Positions 49,848 through 63,269 of a stretch of DNA of 64,000 nucleotides are shown here, piece after piece (the first letter of the stretch is position 1; every line of letters begins with the position of its first letter). A program made the translations under genes and the position numbers. The stretch comes from Callorhinchus milii (lineage: Eukaryota): the NCBI RefSeq assembly GCF_018977255.1, contig NW_024704771.1:3968001-4032000 (forward strand), read 5' to 3'. Below the pieces are notes generated by a model, which saw only the letters and a program-made list of their open reading frames with translations, was not told where the DNA came from and made no database searches.

Positions 49848-51190
49848 CCTTGCATTTGATAGAGCGCTTTTCACGTCGGGAGGACGTCCCAAAGCGCTTC
49901 ACAGAACAAGAACAAGAACAGAAGTCGCTGGGAACACTCAGCGGGTCAGGCAGCATCTGCGGAGAAAGGAAAGTGAGTCAACATTTCGGGTCCGCGACCC
50001 TTCGTCAAAACTGGGGGCATGTTGGGAGGGAGAGGCCCTTAAGGGCTAACTAACAGAGAGGGGGGAGGCAGAGCAAGGAAGACAAAGGAGAAAATGGGGT
50101 AGAAGGCAGGAGATGATGGGTTAAAGAAGTGCTGATAATGCAGAATGGAGGGGGAAACTGCCATAAAATAGGCAGAGCAGAGAGAGAAAAGGTGTGCAGA
50201 TAAGTGAGGTGCTGCTCCTCGAGCTCGCGCTGTGGCTCATTGGAACAGCGCAGGAAGGAGACCGTGGATGGAGAGGTCAGAGCGCGAGTGGGAGGGAGAG
50301 TGGCAAGAACCCGGAAGCTCAGGGCTGTGCTCACGGACAGAAGGGAGGTGATCGGCAAATACGTCGCCCAATCCGCGTTTGGTCTCCCCAGTGTAGAGGA
50401 GATCACATCATGAGCAGCGAATGCTGTAAACTACATTGGTGGGAGTACATGTAAATCACTGTCTCATTTGAACTCTTGGTTCGGGCCCCTGGACAATAGT
50501 AATGGGGGGAGGAGGTGAAAGGCACGAGGTATTGCGTGGGAAGGTGCCGGGGGAGGAGGATAACTGTTGGTGGTGATGGAGGAATGAACCAGGGAGTCAC
50601 GGAGGGAATGGTGCCTTCGGAATGAGAGGGAAGGGGAGGGAAAGATATGCTTAGTGGTTGGATTAAGCTAGAGGTGCCGGAAATGGCGATGAATTATTGT
50701 TGGGATGTTGAGGCCGGTGGGATGGAAAGTGAGGACCAGGGAGGCCCTATCGCGGTTCTGGGAAGATGGGGAAGGAGTGAGGGCAGAGTTGCGGGAAATA
50801 GGGCGGACATGATCAAGAGCCCTGCCTACCACATGGATGGGAATCCTCGGTTGAGGAAAGAGGAAGACATTTCGGCTGCTCTGGTGTGAAAGGTGGGATC
50901 GTCAGAGCAGATGCGGAGGAGGCGGAGGACCTGGAAGAAAGGGAATGGAGTCCTTACAGGTGGCGGGGTGGGAGGAGGTGTAATCCAGGTAACTGAGGGA
51001 GTTGGTGGGCTTGTAAAAGGTATTGGTTGATAATCTATGCCACAAGATGGAAATGCTGAAGTCAAGGAAGGGAAAAACTGGGGATGGACCATGTGAAGGT
51101 TATGGATGGTTGGAAGGTGGAAGCGAAATTGGTGAATTTTTCCAGGTCACTGCGAGAGCAGGAAGTAGCCCCAACACAGTCGTCGATGTA
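49790..51190 (-). mobile_element. Penelope-like retroelement fragment (copy A)
   Basis: FQVLRLLRICSDDPTFHTRAAEMSSSFLNRGFP and GIY-YIG-like LYTGETKRGLGDVFADH on the minus strand; a SINE tail is inserted at 49818-49908. Confidence 0.75.
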
Positions 51191-51879
51191 TAAACGTCAG
51201 CAGTAACCTCCCCAATGCACACTTGGCTCATTCCCTCCTTGGGCCCTTCTCGAATCTCAAAGCTTATTTACTTGTGTGCCTCTCACCCACCCCCACCCCC
51301 TCCCCTCCCACCCAAACCTGCTGGGCTGGACAATCCTCATCCCCTCTCTCCGCCCCATTATCTGCAGCTAAACCTTTAGCGCCGTCTTGTGAACTATCTC
51401 TCCCTAATACCCTCAGGCTCCCTCATCCCCTATCTGTTCCTCAGCGACCCGCTCATTCCCTTTACTTGACAGGCACCGACCGGGCTCCTTCACGTCCCCG
51501 TACTGTTCAAGATCATGTGGCACTGTTCGAAAAGAGAAAGGAGTTTCTCTCCTATTGCCTTAGCCAAGACCCAAATAGAATTGCTCATTCATTTCATTAC
51601 TGTTTGTGGGGCGTGAGGCGTTTCACCTACAAAATATAGTACCACTCACTACACCTTATAGTGTATCCTGTGAAGCGCCTTGAGACGTCTCAACGATGTG
51701 ATAAGGCACTATATATATATCAAATGTAAAGGTTATTATTATGTTATTCTGCGCAATTGTGCTCCAAGTTCACTCTCAAAACAGTCACTACAATTCACAG
51801 TAAATCCTGTGAAGTTTTTTTTGGGATGTCCTCCTGACGTGAAACTAAATGCAAAGATTATTGTTATTAGCAACTATTT

Positions 51880-52610
51880 TTCTCCAAGTATCTCACGCTC
51901 TTTCGCTCTAACTTGCTTCCTTCCTCTCAACCTATAGCTTACAATAGGTTTAAACACCTCAACCTCCCTGGGCTCTCCCTCAGACTCACCAAACCAGTGC
52001 GCAACCTCGGCATCCGGTTCGACCAACTGTCCTTCTTCCCCCACAACCGGTCCCTGACCAGGACTGTGCTCTTCCACCTCCGCCACATTGCCCATCTCCG
52101 ACCATACCTTACCCCAAATGCACCCAATGCCCTCGTGCATGCACTTGTCATCTGCTTGGAGCACTCCTCACTGGTCTCCCCAGCTCCACCATTCACAAGA
52201 TCCGGCTCATTCAAAACTCTGCCGTCCGCATACTGACCCAGAACAAACTCAGTGCCCAAATCTCACCCGTACTGGCCCAGGCTCCGCTGGCTGCCCATCA
52301 CCGAACGGATCGACTTCAAGAGCCTCACACTTGTGTTCAAATCCATTCACTCCCTGGCACCTCCCTACATCTCCGACCTCCTCACTCCCCACTCCCACCG
52401 CCTGGCGCCTCCGCTCGACTGGCACCGGCCTCCTGCTCATCCCTCGCATCCTCTCGTCCCACCATCGGAGGTTGAGCTTTCAGCCACTACATCCCAGAAC
52501 TCTGGGACACTTTTCCTCAATCCCTCTGCCTTGCCCCCTCTTTCACGTCCCGCCTGAAAACATTCCTTTTGACCTGTACCCTGCGTGCAAGTTGTTGTTG
52601 TTGTTGTTGT
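51880..52610 (+). mobile_element. Degenerate L2 fragment (duplicate at about 58670-59395)
   Basis: PVRNLGIRFDQ, LFHLRHIAHLR, LRWLPITERIDFK motifs. Confidence 0.8.
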
Positions 52611-53543
52611 ACATATCTCTTACCACAAGCCCAAAACTGCAGACAGTAAAAACATGAACGCTTACCTTTCTGACCAGCAGAAATAATAATAATCATTATC
52701 CTTGTATTGTATATGACACCCTATCAAGTCTTTCGAGACATCTCAAAGCACTGCACAGAATATGCTGCAATAATAATAATCCTTGCACTTGATAGAGCGC
52801 TTTTCGCGTCTTCTCGACGTCTCAAAGCGCTTCACAGAATATACCGTAAAGTGAGTTGACTGTATATTTGTGGGTGTAAAGTGAATTGACTGTGTATTTT
52901 GTGAAACCAGACTATGTGCTAAGTTGCAAGGCTGTTAGAATTGTTTCCCAGGCTCAGAGAATTCAGTCACTTGGCACACACACTCAATGGTACAGTATTT
53001 TGCAGTTCCTCTGTCCAACGTCTGCCTCAGAGAGACCTAATGCACATAAGTGGGACTTGCGGATATTTGGCTAGATGGAATTTCTTCCGCATGGATAAAG
53101 CTTATCATTACAAATACACGTTAGGAGCACCGCAGACTCCGATCGCATTGTGTACCTCAGATGACAGAGGTTCATCTGCTTTTTTCCTTTCTCTCGATAT
53201 ATCCGGCTCTGACAAAGCCCTCGAGTACATCACAGAGAGTCTGTAATGTCACCTTTTTAACGAAAGTAAAATACACTGTTCAACTTTTCCTATTGTGGGT
53301 TGCTGCCTCTCAAATTCAGAGGAAGTGTGTGTGTGTGGGTGTGGGTGTTGGGGGAGGGGTTAGTGGGCGATGGTGGGGGTGAAATGTACCAAGAAGATAA
53401 AATATTCTCTCTTCAGCCTGTGCCGAATATTCTCCAGATTTAGATGAGCAGGGTGTGGTCTCCACCAGAGATTTTGCCCTCCAAATACACAGAAAAGATT
53501 TCATCGGAAAGCTAAGGCAGGTTGAATCAGGAAGTGCTCAGAA

Positions 53544-55781
53544 ATGTCTTCAAGAGGCCAGAAGCAGAAGTGGACGGAGGAGTTAAACTGTCCCATCTGT
53601 TTGGAGATCTTTACCGAGCCAGTTACCCTGAAGTGTGGCCACAACTTCTGCCGCTTCTGTATCACGCATAGCTGGAGCGAGCAGCTGAAAGGAACCTGTC
53701 CAGAATGTCGAGAGGTGAATTCAGGAAATCAGCTGAAACCAAATCGAACGCTAGTAAATCTGTCAAATGAAGCTCGGGAACTGAAATCACCGCAGAACAA
53801 AGAGATGCGTGACTGTGATAAACATTCGGAAGAACTGAAGCTGTTCTGTGAAACTGATAAGAAATTGATCTGCATCATGTGTCTTATTGATGCCGATGGA
53901 CAGAGCCACAAATCCCACGACTTAATGCTGATAGAGAAAGCGGCTGAGATCTACAAGGTAACAAGGAGCGGACTTTATAATGTGACTACTTCTCTCTTGT
54001 TGTTGCAGTGAGGCGTTTTAAAAAAAGATTTTGTTTTCTTTTGTTTCATCGATATTCTGGTTGCAGGACAAACTAAAATCGTCCTTTGATCCGGTTATCA
54101 AAAGAAACGAGGCTGTTCTGCTCACTGAATCGGAGCAAAAAGAGAAGATTTCAGCGCTGAAAGTAAGTTGTGACAATTATCAGTTGCGTTTCCCTTATTT
54201 ACCGGGTGATGTCTGGGCTCTGTCGTGTTCCTCTTTCTGTAAGTGCCCGTGGTGATGTCTGATACCTTGTTCTGCAGGAGCAGGTGAGCAGGCTGGCGAA
54301 GCATGTTACGGCTGAGTTTGGTAAGATGCACCAGAGCCTCTATGACAGAGAGCAGCGTGTAATCCGAGAGCTCAGACAGCGAGAGCAGGAGATTTTGCAA
54401 CGAATGGAGAAAAATCTGGGAGAGATTCGGGGCAGTTTAGTTTCCCTTCAACAAAAATTCTCAGAGTTAAAGAAACAGATGGAAAAGGACGCATTCACCT
54501 TTCTGCGGGTAAAGAAGTTAACATTGCTCTAAGTTTCTGCAAGCAGACGCTTTAGTTCAGTAAACTACTCACAGTCTGCAGCAGAAAATCAAAGTCTGAC
54601 TGTTAAATAGCTCAGTAAATACATTAACTAGTATAACCAGACCTTTGTAAGAAGATCTCACTTTATGTTCTGCCTATAACTCAGAACAGCACTTTGTAGT
54701 TGCTCTGTATCTGAACCTTCTGGCTTTGGAGACAACTGGCTTTCTGGCTTTGAAAAAGCTTTCTGGCATTGAGTGACTAATATTCTTGTAATAGTTAAAC
54801 TGTGCGCTGTAGAATTCTATTCTCGGTATCTAAGTTTGCAAGTTTGTGTCTCAGTCTGAGCTCAGATCTGTCTGTGTTTTATTTCAATTAGGATGAAAAT
54901 ACTCGGAAGAGAAGGTATGAAATGTTCATGACCAAATATCCCCAGAAATTTAATACACAAACCAAACGCAATGGGTAGTTTGACTTCATAATGTGAACGT
55001 CTCTTATTTCAGGGTCAGTGAGGAGTATGTTAAGCTGTCATTATCTGAGGGTGATCTGCCTGTGGGGATATACACAGGACCTGTACAGTACGCAGCCTGG
55101 AGAGACATGAGACACATCATTAGCCCAGGTAAATATCTCCCATTCTCAGACTGAAGGTGTATGAAGAGTCTTAGGATACTAACAGATTAACAGTAACGAT
55201 CCTCGCATTTAATATTGTGCGTTATCACATCTTCACGGCGTCTGAAAGCTCTTCACCGCATATACCGGAAACTGAATTGACTGTAGACTTTGTGAAAGAG
55301 ATATGACAGAGATATGACTGCCAATCATGGCAGTCGATTGTGCGCAGCCCTGTCCCACAAACAGTCATTGATTAAGTGACCTGATTCTTCCATTTATTTA
55401 AAATAAAATCTGACTCGATTATTATCTGCACCAAAAACTATCCGCCAATTGCCTTACGACCAGAATGCGAGCTACTGGTAAACAGAGGCAAGCAGAGGCG
55501 TGTATTGTAAGGAAACCTGCCTGAGGTTACACCTGCCCAGGAATCGAAACTGGAACCTCGCTTTGCGAGGCGAGTGCTCTAACCACGACTCTACAGGACT
55601 GCAGTGTTGTTAATGAACAGCTCAGCGCTCTTTACACTCGCAGTACCGGGTTATGGCAGTTGTCGCTGTGTGAACGTTTTCACCAACAGCGAGACGCCAG
55701 TCACACTGTCCCCAGCGCCCGCCTTCGCTCCTGCAGACCCCCCCCCACCGCTCCGTGACCCCCTCACTCCACTTTGTGTTA

Positions 55782-55816
<35 letters not shown>

Positions 55817-56351
55817 TCCGGCCGCTCTGACTCTGGATCCTGACACAGCCCATCCCGAGCTCATCCTGTCTGAGGACCGGACCAGTGTGAGACTCGGAGG
55901 CAAACTGCAGCAGCTCCTCGACACCCCGAAGAGGTTTAGTTACCATCCAGTTGTCCTGGGGTCTGAGGGCTTCACATCAGGGAGACATTACTGGGAGGTG
56001 CAGGTGGGCAACAAGACTGCGTGGAGTGTGGGAGTGACCAGAGAGTCTGTCAACAGGAAACAATCAATCACTTGGTCACCAGAGGGTGGGGTCTGGGGGG
56101 TGTGGCTGATGGACGGGGACTATGTGGCTCTGACCTCCCCTCCCACCCCCCTGCCCCTGACAGTGGGACCCGGGAAAATCGGGGTTTACCTGGACTATGA
56201 GGGGGGACAGGTGTCATTTTACAACGCTGACAACATGTCTCATCTCCACACTTCCACCCAAACTTTCACTGAGAAACTTTATCCTTACCTGTGTCCCTGT
56301 GTTAATGACGACGGGAAAAACTCGGAGCCGCTGAGAATGTGCCAGTTATAA
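53544..56351 (+). CDS. G9: TRIM RING-B-box-CC-PRY/SPRY (chimeric last exon)
   Basis: Exons 53544-53957, 54067-54162, 54278-54508, 54892-54914, 55013-55128, 55816-56351. Confidence 0.9.
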
Positions 56352-56887
56352 CACATTGACAGTGATGTGGTTTTACCTCGCTTTCCGTGTGATTCACTGA
56401 CTGTTGTTTAAGGGGATACAGGGGGGTGGGGGCGGATGAGGGTGGGGGGGGTGAATTTCGGGAGAAGATCGCAAGCTCTGCCATGATTGTGAGTCCAGAA
56501 GAGTATGAGAAAGCAGAAAGTGAACTGACTGTATGTTTTGCGGGTGAAACACGGCAGCCAATTGCATATACAGCATCCCACACAGTTGTGGATAAAGTGA
56601 TCAAATTTTTTTTGGAAGGAATTATTACCCCCTCGGAACAGCCACCTGCCAATCTGTAGCTCGTGTCTCAGTGAAATACCTCGGGGACCAGCTCTCTGAT
56701 CTATAGACTCTGAGCTTCAAGTTACTGTCAGTTTGTGTCTGGATCGTACCCAGTGTGTAAACTTTGCTCACAATAAAGTGTCTGATACAACTTCAATCCA
56801 GGAGATCTTTCCTCCGGTCCCCCACACCCGGACCCACACGAGCTGGGCTTACTCCGCCTTTGATCCAGATTAAAGTCGGCTCAAAAC

Positions 56888-57970
56888 ACAAAATACTGCA
56901 GATGCTGGAAATCTGGAACAATAATAATAATAATAATAATAATCCTTGCATTTGATAGAGCGCTTTTCACGTCGGGAGGACGTCCCAAAGCGCTTCACAG
57001 AACAAGAACAAGAACAGAAGTCGCTGGGAACACTCAGCGGGTCAGGCAGCATCTGCGGAGAAAGGAAAGTGAGTCAACATTTCGGGTCCGCGACCCTTCC
57101 GTCAAAACTGGGGGCATGTTGGGAGGGAGGTGATCGGCAAATACGTCGCCCAATCCGCGTTTGGTCTCCCCAGTGTAGAGGAGATCACATCATGAGCAGC
57201 GAATGCTGTAAACTACATTGGTGGGAGTACATGTAAATCACTGTCTCATTTGAACTCTTGGTTCGGGCCCCTGGACAATAGTAATGGGGGGAGGAGGTGA
57301 AAGGCACGAGGTATTGCGTGGGAAGGTGCCGGGGGAGGAGGATAACTGTTGGTGGTGATGGAGGAATGAACCAGGGAGTCACGGAGGGAATGGTGCCTTC
57401 GGAATGAGAGGGAAGGGGAGGGAAAGATATGCTTAGTGGTTGGATTAAGATAGAGGTGCCGGAAATGGCGAAGAATTATTGTTGGGATGTTGAGGCCGGT
57501 GGGATGGAAAGTGAGGACCAGGGAGGCCCTATCGCGGTTCTGGGAAGATGGGGAAGGAGTGAGGGCAGAGTTGCGGGAAATAGGGCGGACATGATCAAGG
57601 GCCCTGCCCACCACAGTGGATGGGAATCCTCGGTTGAGGAAAGAGGAAGACATTTCGGCTGCTCTGGTGTGAAAGGTGGGATCGTCAGAGCAGATGCGGA
57701 GGAGGCGGAGGACCTGGAAGAAAGGGAATGGAGTCCTTACAGGTGGCGGGGTGGGAGGAGGTGTAATCCAGGTAACTGAGGGAGTTGGTGGGCTTGTAAA
57801 AGGTATTGGTTGATAATCTATGCCACAAGATGGAAATGCTGAAGTCAAGGAAGGGAAAAACTGGGGATGGACCATGTGAAGGTTATGGATGGTTGGAAGG
57901 TGGAAGCGAAATTGGTGAATTTTTCCAGGTCACTGCGAGAGCAGGAAGTAGCCCCAACACAGTCGTCGAT
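56888..57970 (-). mobile_element. Penelope-like retroelement fragment (copy B, ~310 bp shorter)
   Basis: ORF 57246-57875: LRLLRICSD...LVLTFHPT...RDSLVHSS. Confidence 0.75.
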
Positions 57971-60331
57971 GTATAAACGTCAGCAGTAACCTCCCCAATG
58001 CACACTTGGCTCATTCCCTCCTTGGGCCCTTCTCGAACCTCAAAGCTTATTTACTTGTGTGCCTCTCACCCACCCCACCCCTCCCCTCCCACCCAAACCT
58101 GCTGGGCTGGACAATCCTCATCCCTCTCTCCGCCCCATTATCTGCAGCTAAACCTTCAGCGCCGTCTTGTGAACTATCTCTCCCTAATACCCTCAGGCTC
58201 CCTCATCCCCTATCTGTTCCTCAGCGACCCGCTCATTCCCTTTACTTGACAGGCACCGACCGGGCTCCTTCACGTCCCCGTACTGTTCAAGATCATGTGG
58301 CACTGTTCGAAAAGAGAAAGGAGTTTCTCTCCTATTGCCTTAGCCAAGACCCAAATAGAATTTCTCATTCATTTCATTACTGTTTGTGGGGCGTGAGGCG
58401 TTTCACCTACAAAATATAGTACCACTCACTACACCTTATAGTGTATCCTGTGAAGCGCCTTGAGACGTCTCAACGATGTGATAAGGCACTATATATATAT
58501 TATATCAAATGTAAAGGTTATTATTATGTTATTCCGCGCAATTGTGCTCCAAGTTCATCCTCAAAACAGTCACTACAATTCACAGTAAATTCTGTGAAGT
58601 TTTTTTTGGGATGTCCTCCTGACGTGAAACTAAATGCAAAGGTTATTGTTATTAGCAACTATTTTTCTCCAAGTATCTCACGCTCTTTCGCTCTAACTTG
58701 CTTCCTTCCTCTCAACCTATAGCTTACAATAGGTTTAAACACCTCAACCTCCCTGGGCTCTCCCTCAGACTCACCAAACCAGTGCGCAACCTCGGCATCC
58801 GGTTCGACCAACTGTCCTTCTTCCCCCACAACCGGTCCCTGACCAGGACTGTGCTCTTCCACCTCCGCCACATTGCCCATCTCCGACCATACCTTACCCC
58901 AAATGCACCCAATGCCCTCGTGCATGCACTTGTCATCTGCTTGGAGCACTCCTCACTGGTCTCCCCAGCTCCACCATTCACAAGATCCGGCTCATTCAAA
59001 ACTCTGCCGTCCGCATACTGACCCAGAACAAACTCAGTGCCCAAATCTCACCCGTACTGGCCCAGGCTCCGCTGGCTCCCCATCACCGAACGGATCGACT
59101 TCAAGAGCCTCACACTTGTGTTCAAATCCATTCACTCCCTGGCACCTCCCTACATCTCCGACCTCCTCACTCCCCACTCCCACCGCCTGGCGCCTCCGCT
59201 CGACTGGCACCGGCCTCCTGCTCATCCCTCGCATCCTCTCGTCCCACCATCGGAGGTTGAGCTTTCAGCCACTACATCCCAGAACTCTGGGACACTTTTC
59301 CTCAATCCCTCTGCCTTGCCCCCTCTTTCACGTCCCGCCTGAAAACATTCCTTTTGACCTGTACCCTGCGTGCAAGTTGTTGTTGTTGTTGTTGTACATA
59401 TCTCTTACCACAAACCCAAAACTGCAGACAGTAAAAACATGAACGCTTACCTTTCTGACCAGCAGAAATAATAATAATCATTATCCTTGTATTGTATATG
59501 ACACCCTATCAAGTCTTTCGAGACATCTCAAAGCACTGCACAGAATATGCTGCAATAATAATCATAATCCTTGCACTTGATAGAGCGCTTTTCGCGTCTT
59601 CTCGACGTCTCAAAGCGCTTCACAGAATATACCGTAAAGTGAGTTGACTGTATATTTGTGGGTGTAAAGTGAATTGACTGTGTATTTTGTGAAACCAGAC
59701 TATGTGCTAAGTTGCAAGGCTGTTAGAATTGTTTCCCAGGCTCAGAGAATTCAGTCACTTGGCACACACACTCAATGGTACAGTATTTTGCCGTTCCTCT
59801 GTCCAACGTCTGCCTCAGAGAGACCTAATGCACATAAGTGGGACTTGCGGATATTTGGCTAGATGGAGTTTCTTCCGCATGGATAAAGCTTATCATTACA
59901 AATACACGTTAGGAGCACCGCAGACTCCGATCGCATTGTGTACCTCAGATGACAGAGGTTCATCTGCTTTTTTCCTTTCTCTCGATATATCCGGCTCTGA
60001 CAAAGCCCTCGAGTACATCACAGAGAGTCTGTAATGTCACCTTTTTAACGAAAGTAAAATACACTGTTCAACTTTTCCTATTGTGGGTTGCTGCCTCTCA
60101 AATTCAGAGGAAGTGTGTGTGTGTGGGTGTGGGTGTTGGGGGAGGGGTTAGTGGGCGATGGTGGGGGTGAAATGTACCAAGAAGATAAAATATTCTCTCT
60201 TCAGCCTGTGCCGAATATTCTCCAGATTTAGATGAGCAGGGTGTGGTCTCCACCAGAGATTTTGCCCTCCAAATACACAGAAAAGATTTCATCGGAAAGC
60301 TAAGGCAGGTTGAATCAGGAAGTGCTCAGAA

Positions 60332-63147
60332 ATGTCTTCAAGAGGCCAGAAGCAGAAGTGGACGGAGGAGTTAAACTGTCCCATCTGTTTGGAGATCTTT
60401 ACCGAGCCAGTTACCCTGAAGTGTGGCCACAACTTCTGCCGCTTCTGTATCACGCATAGCTGGAGCGAGCAGCTGAAAGGAACCTGTCCAGAATGTCGAG
60501 AGGTGAATTCAGGAAATCAGCTGAAACCAAATCGAACGCTAGTAAATCTGTCAAATGAAGCTCGGGAACTGAAATCACCGCAGAACAAAGAGATGCGTGA
60601 CTGTGATAAACATTCGGAAGAACTGAAGCTGTTCTGTGAAACTGATAAGAAATTGATCTGCATCATGTGTCTTATTGATGCCGATGGACAGAGCCACAAA
60701 TCCCACGACTTAATGCTGATAGAGAAAGCGGCTGAGATCTACAAGGTAACAAGGAGCGGACTTTATAATGTGACTACTTCTCTCTTGTTGTTGCAGTGAG
60801 GCGTTTTAAAAAAAGATTTTGTTTTCTTTTGTTTCATCGATATTCTGGTTGCAGGACAAACTAAAATCGTCCTTTGATCCGGTTATCAAAAGAAACGAGG
60901 CTGTTCTGCTCACTGAATCGGAGCAAAAAGAGAAGATTTCAGCGCTGAAAGTAAGTTGTGACAATTATCAGTTGCGTTTCCCTTATTTACCGGGTGATGT
61001 CTGGGCTCTGTCGTGTTCCTCTTTCTGTAAGTGCCCGTGGTGATGTCTGATACCTTGTTCTGCAGGAGCAGGTGAGCAGGCTGGCGAAGCATGTTACGGC
61101 TGAGTTTGGTAAGATGCACCAGAGCCTCTATGACAGAGAGCAGCGTGTAATCCGAGAGCTCAGACAGCGAGAGCAGGAGATTTTGCAACGAATGGAGAAA
61201 AATCTGGGAGAGATTCGGGGCAGTTTAGTTTCCCTTCAACAAAAATTCTCAGAGTTAAAGAAACAGATGGAAAAGGACGCATTCACCTTTCTGCGGGTAA
61301 AGAAGTTAACATTGCTCTAAGTTTCTGCAAGCAGACGCTTTAGTTCAGTAAACTACTCACAGTCTGGAGCAGAAAATCAAAGTCTGACTGTTAAATAGCT
61401 CAGTAAATACATTAACTAGTATAACCAGACCTTTGTAAGAAGATCTCACTTTATGTTCTGCCTATAACTCAGAACAGCACTTTGTAGTTGCTCTGTATCT
61501 GAACCTTCTGGCTTTGGAGACAACTGGCTTTCTGGCTTTGAAAAAGCTTTCTGGCATTGAGTGACTAATATTCTTGTAATAGTTAAACTGTGCGCTGTAG
61601 AATTCTATTCTCGGTATCTAAGTTTGCAAGTTTGTGTCTCAGTCTGAGCTCAGATCTGTCTGTGTTTTATTTCAATTAGGATGAAAATACTCGGAAGAGA
61701 AGGTATGAAATGTTCATGACCAAATATCCCCAGAAATTTAATACACAAACCAAACGCAATGGGTAGTTTGACTTCATAATGTGAACGTCTCTTATTTCAG
61801 GGTCAGTGAGGAGTATGTTAAGCTGTCATTATCTGAGGGTGATCTGCCTGTGGGGATATACACAGGACCTGTACAGTACGCAGCCTGGAGAGACATGAGA
61901 CACATCATTAGCCCAGGTAAATATCTCCCATTCTCAGACTGAAGGTGTATGAAGAGTCTTAGGATACTAACAGATTAACAGTAACGATCCTCGCATTTAA
62001 TATTGTGCGTTATCACATCTTCACGGCGTCTGAAAGCTCTTCACCGCATATACCGGAAACTGAATTGACTGTAGACTTTGTGAAAGAGATATGACAGAGA
62101 TATGACTGCCAATCATGGCAGTCGATTGTGCGCAGCCCTGGCCCACAAACAGTCATTGATTAAGTGACCTGATTCTTCCATTTATTTAAAATAAAATCTG
62201 ACTCGATTATTATCTGCACCAAAAACTATCCGCCAATTGCCTTACGACCAGAATGCGAGCTACTGGTAAACAGAGGCAAGCAGAGGCGTGTATTGTAAGG
62301 AAACCTGCCTGAGGTTACACCCTGCCCAGGAATCGAAACTGGAACCTCGCTTTGCGAGGCGAGTGCTCTAACCACGACTCTACAGGACTGCAGTGTTGTT
62401 AATGAACAGCTCAGCGCTCTTTACACTCGCAGTACCGGGTTATGGCAGTTGTCGCTGTGTGAACGTTTTCACCAACAGCGAGACGCCAGTCACACTGTCC
62501 CAGCGCCCGCCTTCGCTCCTGCAGACCCCCCCCCCACCGCTCCGTGACCCCCTCACTCCACTTTGTGTTATTTTTCTTTCTCTCTCTCTCTCTCTCTCAC
62601 AGTTCCGGCCGCTCTGACTCTGGATCCTGACACAGCCCATCCCGAGCTCATCCTGTCTGAGGACCGGACCAGTGTGAGACTCGGAGGCAAACTGCAGCAG
62701 CTCCTCGACACCCCGAAGAGGTTTAGTTACCATCCAGTTGTCCTGGGGTCTGAGGGCTTCACATCAGGGAGACATTACTGGGAGGTGCAGGTGGGCAACA
62801 AGACTGAGTGGAGCGTGGGAGTGGTGAGGGAGTCTGTCAACAGGAAAGAATCAATTACATTGGCACCAGAGGGCGGAATCTGGGGTGTGTGGCTGCATAA
62901 TGGGGCCTATTGGGCTCTGACCTCCCCTCCCACCCGCCTGCCCCTGACAGTGAGACCCGGGAAGGTCGGGGTGTACCTGGACTATGAGGGGGGACAGGTG
63001 TCATTTTACAACGCTGACAACATATCCCATCTCCACACTTTCACCCACACTTTCGCTGAGACAGTTTATCCTCTCTTCTACACCGGTTTGAATAACAACA
63101 AAAAGAACTCGGAGCCACTGAGAATCTGCCGGTCATTAACACATTAA
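60332..63147 (+). CDS. G10: TRIM RING-B-box-CC-PRY/SPRY, near-identical to G9 up to mid exon 6
   Basis: Exons 60332-60745, 60855-60950, 61066-61296, 61680-61702, 61801-61916, 62603-63147. Exon 1-3 translations are identical to G9. Confidence 0.92.
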
Positions 63148-63269
63148 CAGTGGCGTGGCTGTACCTCAGATTCTGTGCGATTCACTGCCTGTCGTTTACA
63201 GGAATTCGGGATGGGTGCAGGTGGAGTGGGCGCTTTCCTATCTTTCAGACAATCTGAAATCCCTCACTC

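Larger units (their letters stand above)
49052..62806 (+). repeat. Recent tandem segmental duplication (copy A about 49052-56019, copy B about 56150-62806)
   Basis: Near-identical sequence and duplicated ORFs at offsets of 7098 (49253/56351) and 6788 (53544/60332). The offset change is explained by a ~310 bp deletion in copy B. Confidence 0.95.

Noticed and set aside
1847-63147. Specific ortholog names (TRIM39, TRIM27, TRIM35, BTN)
   Set aside because: Domain order supports class IV TRIM only; this looks like a lineage-specific expansion and orthology needs a phylogeny. No Ig or transmembrane exons suggest butyrophilin.
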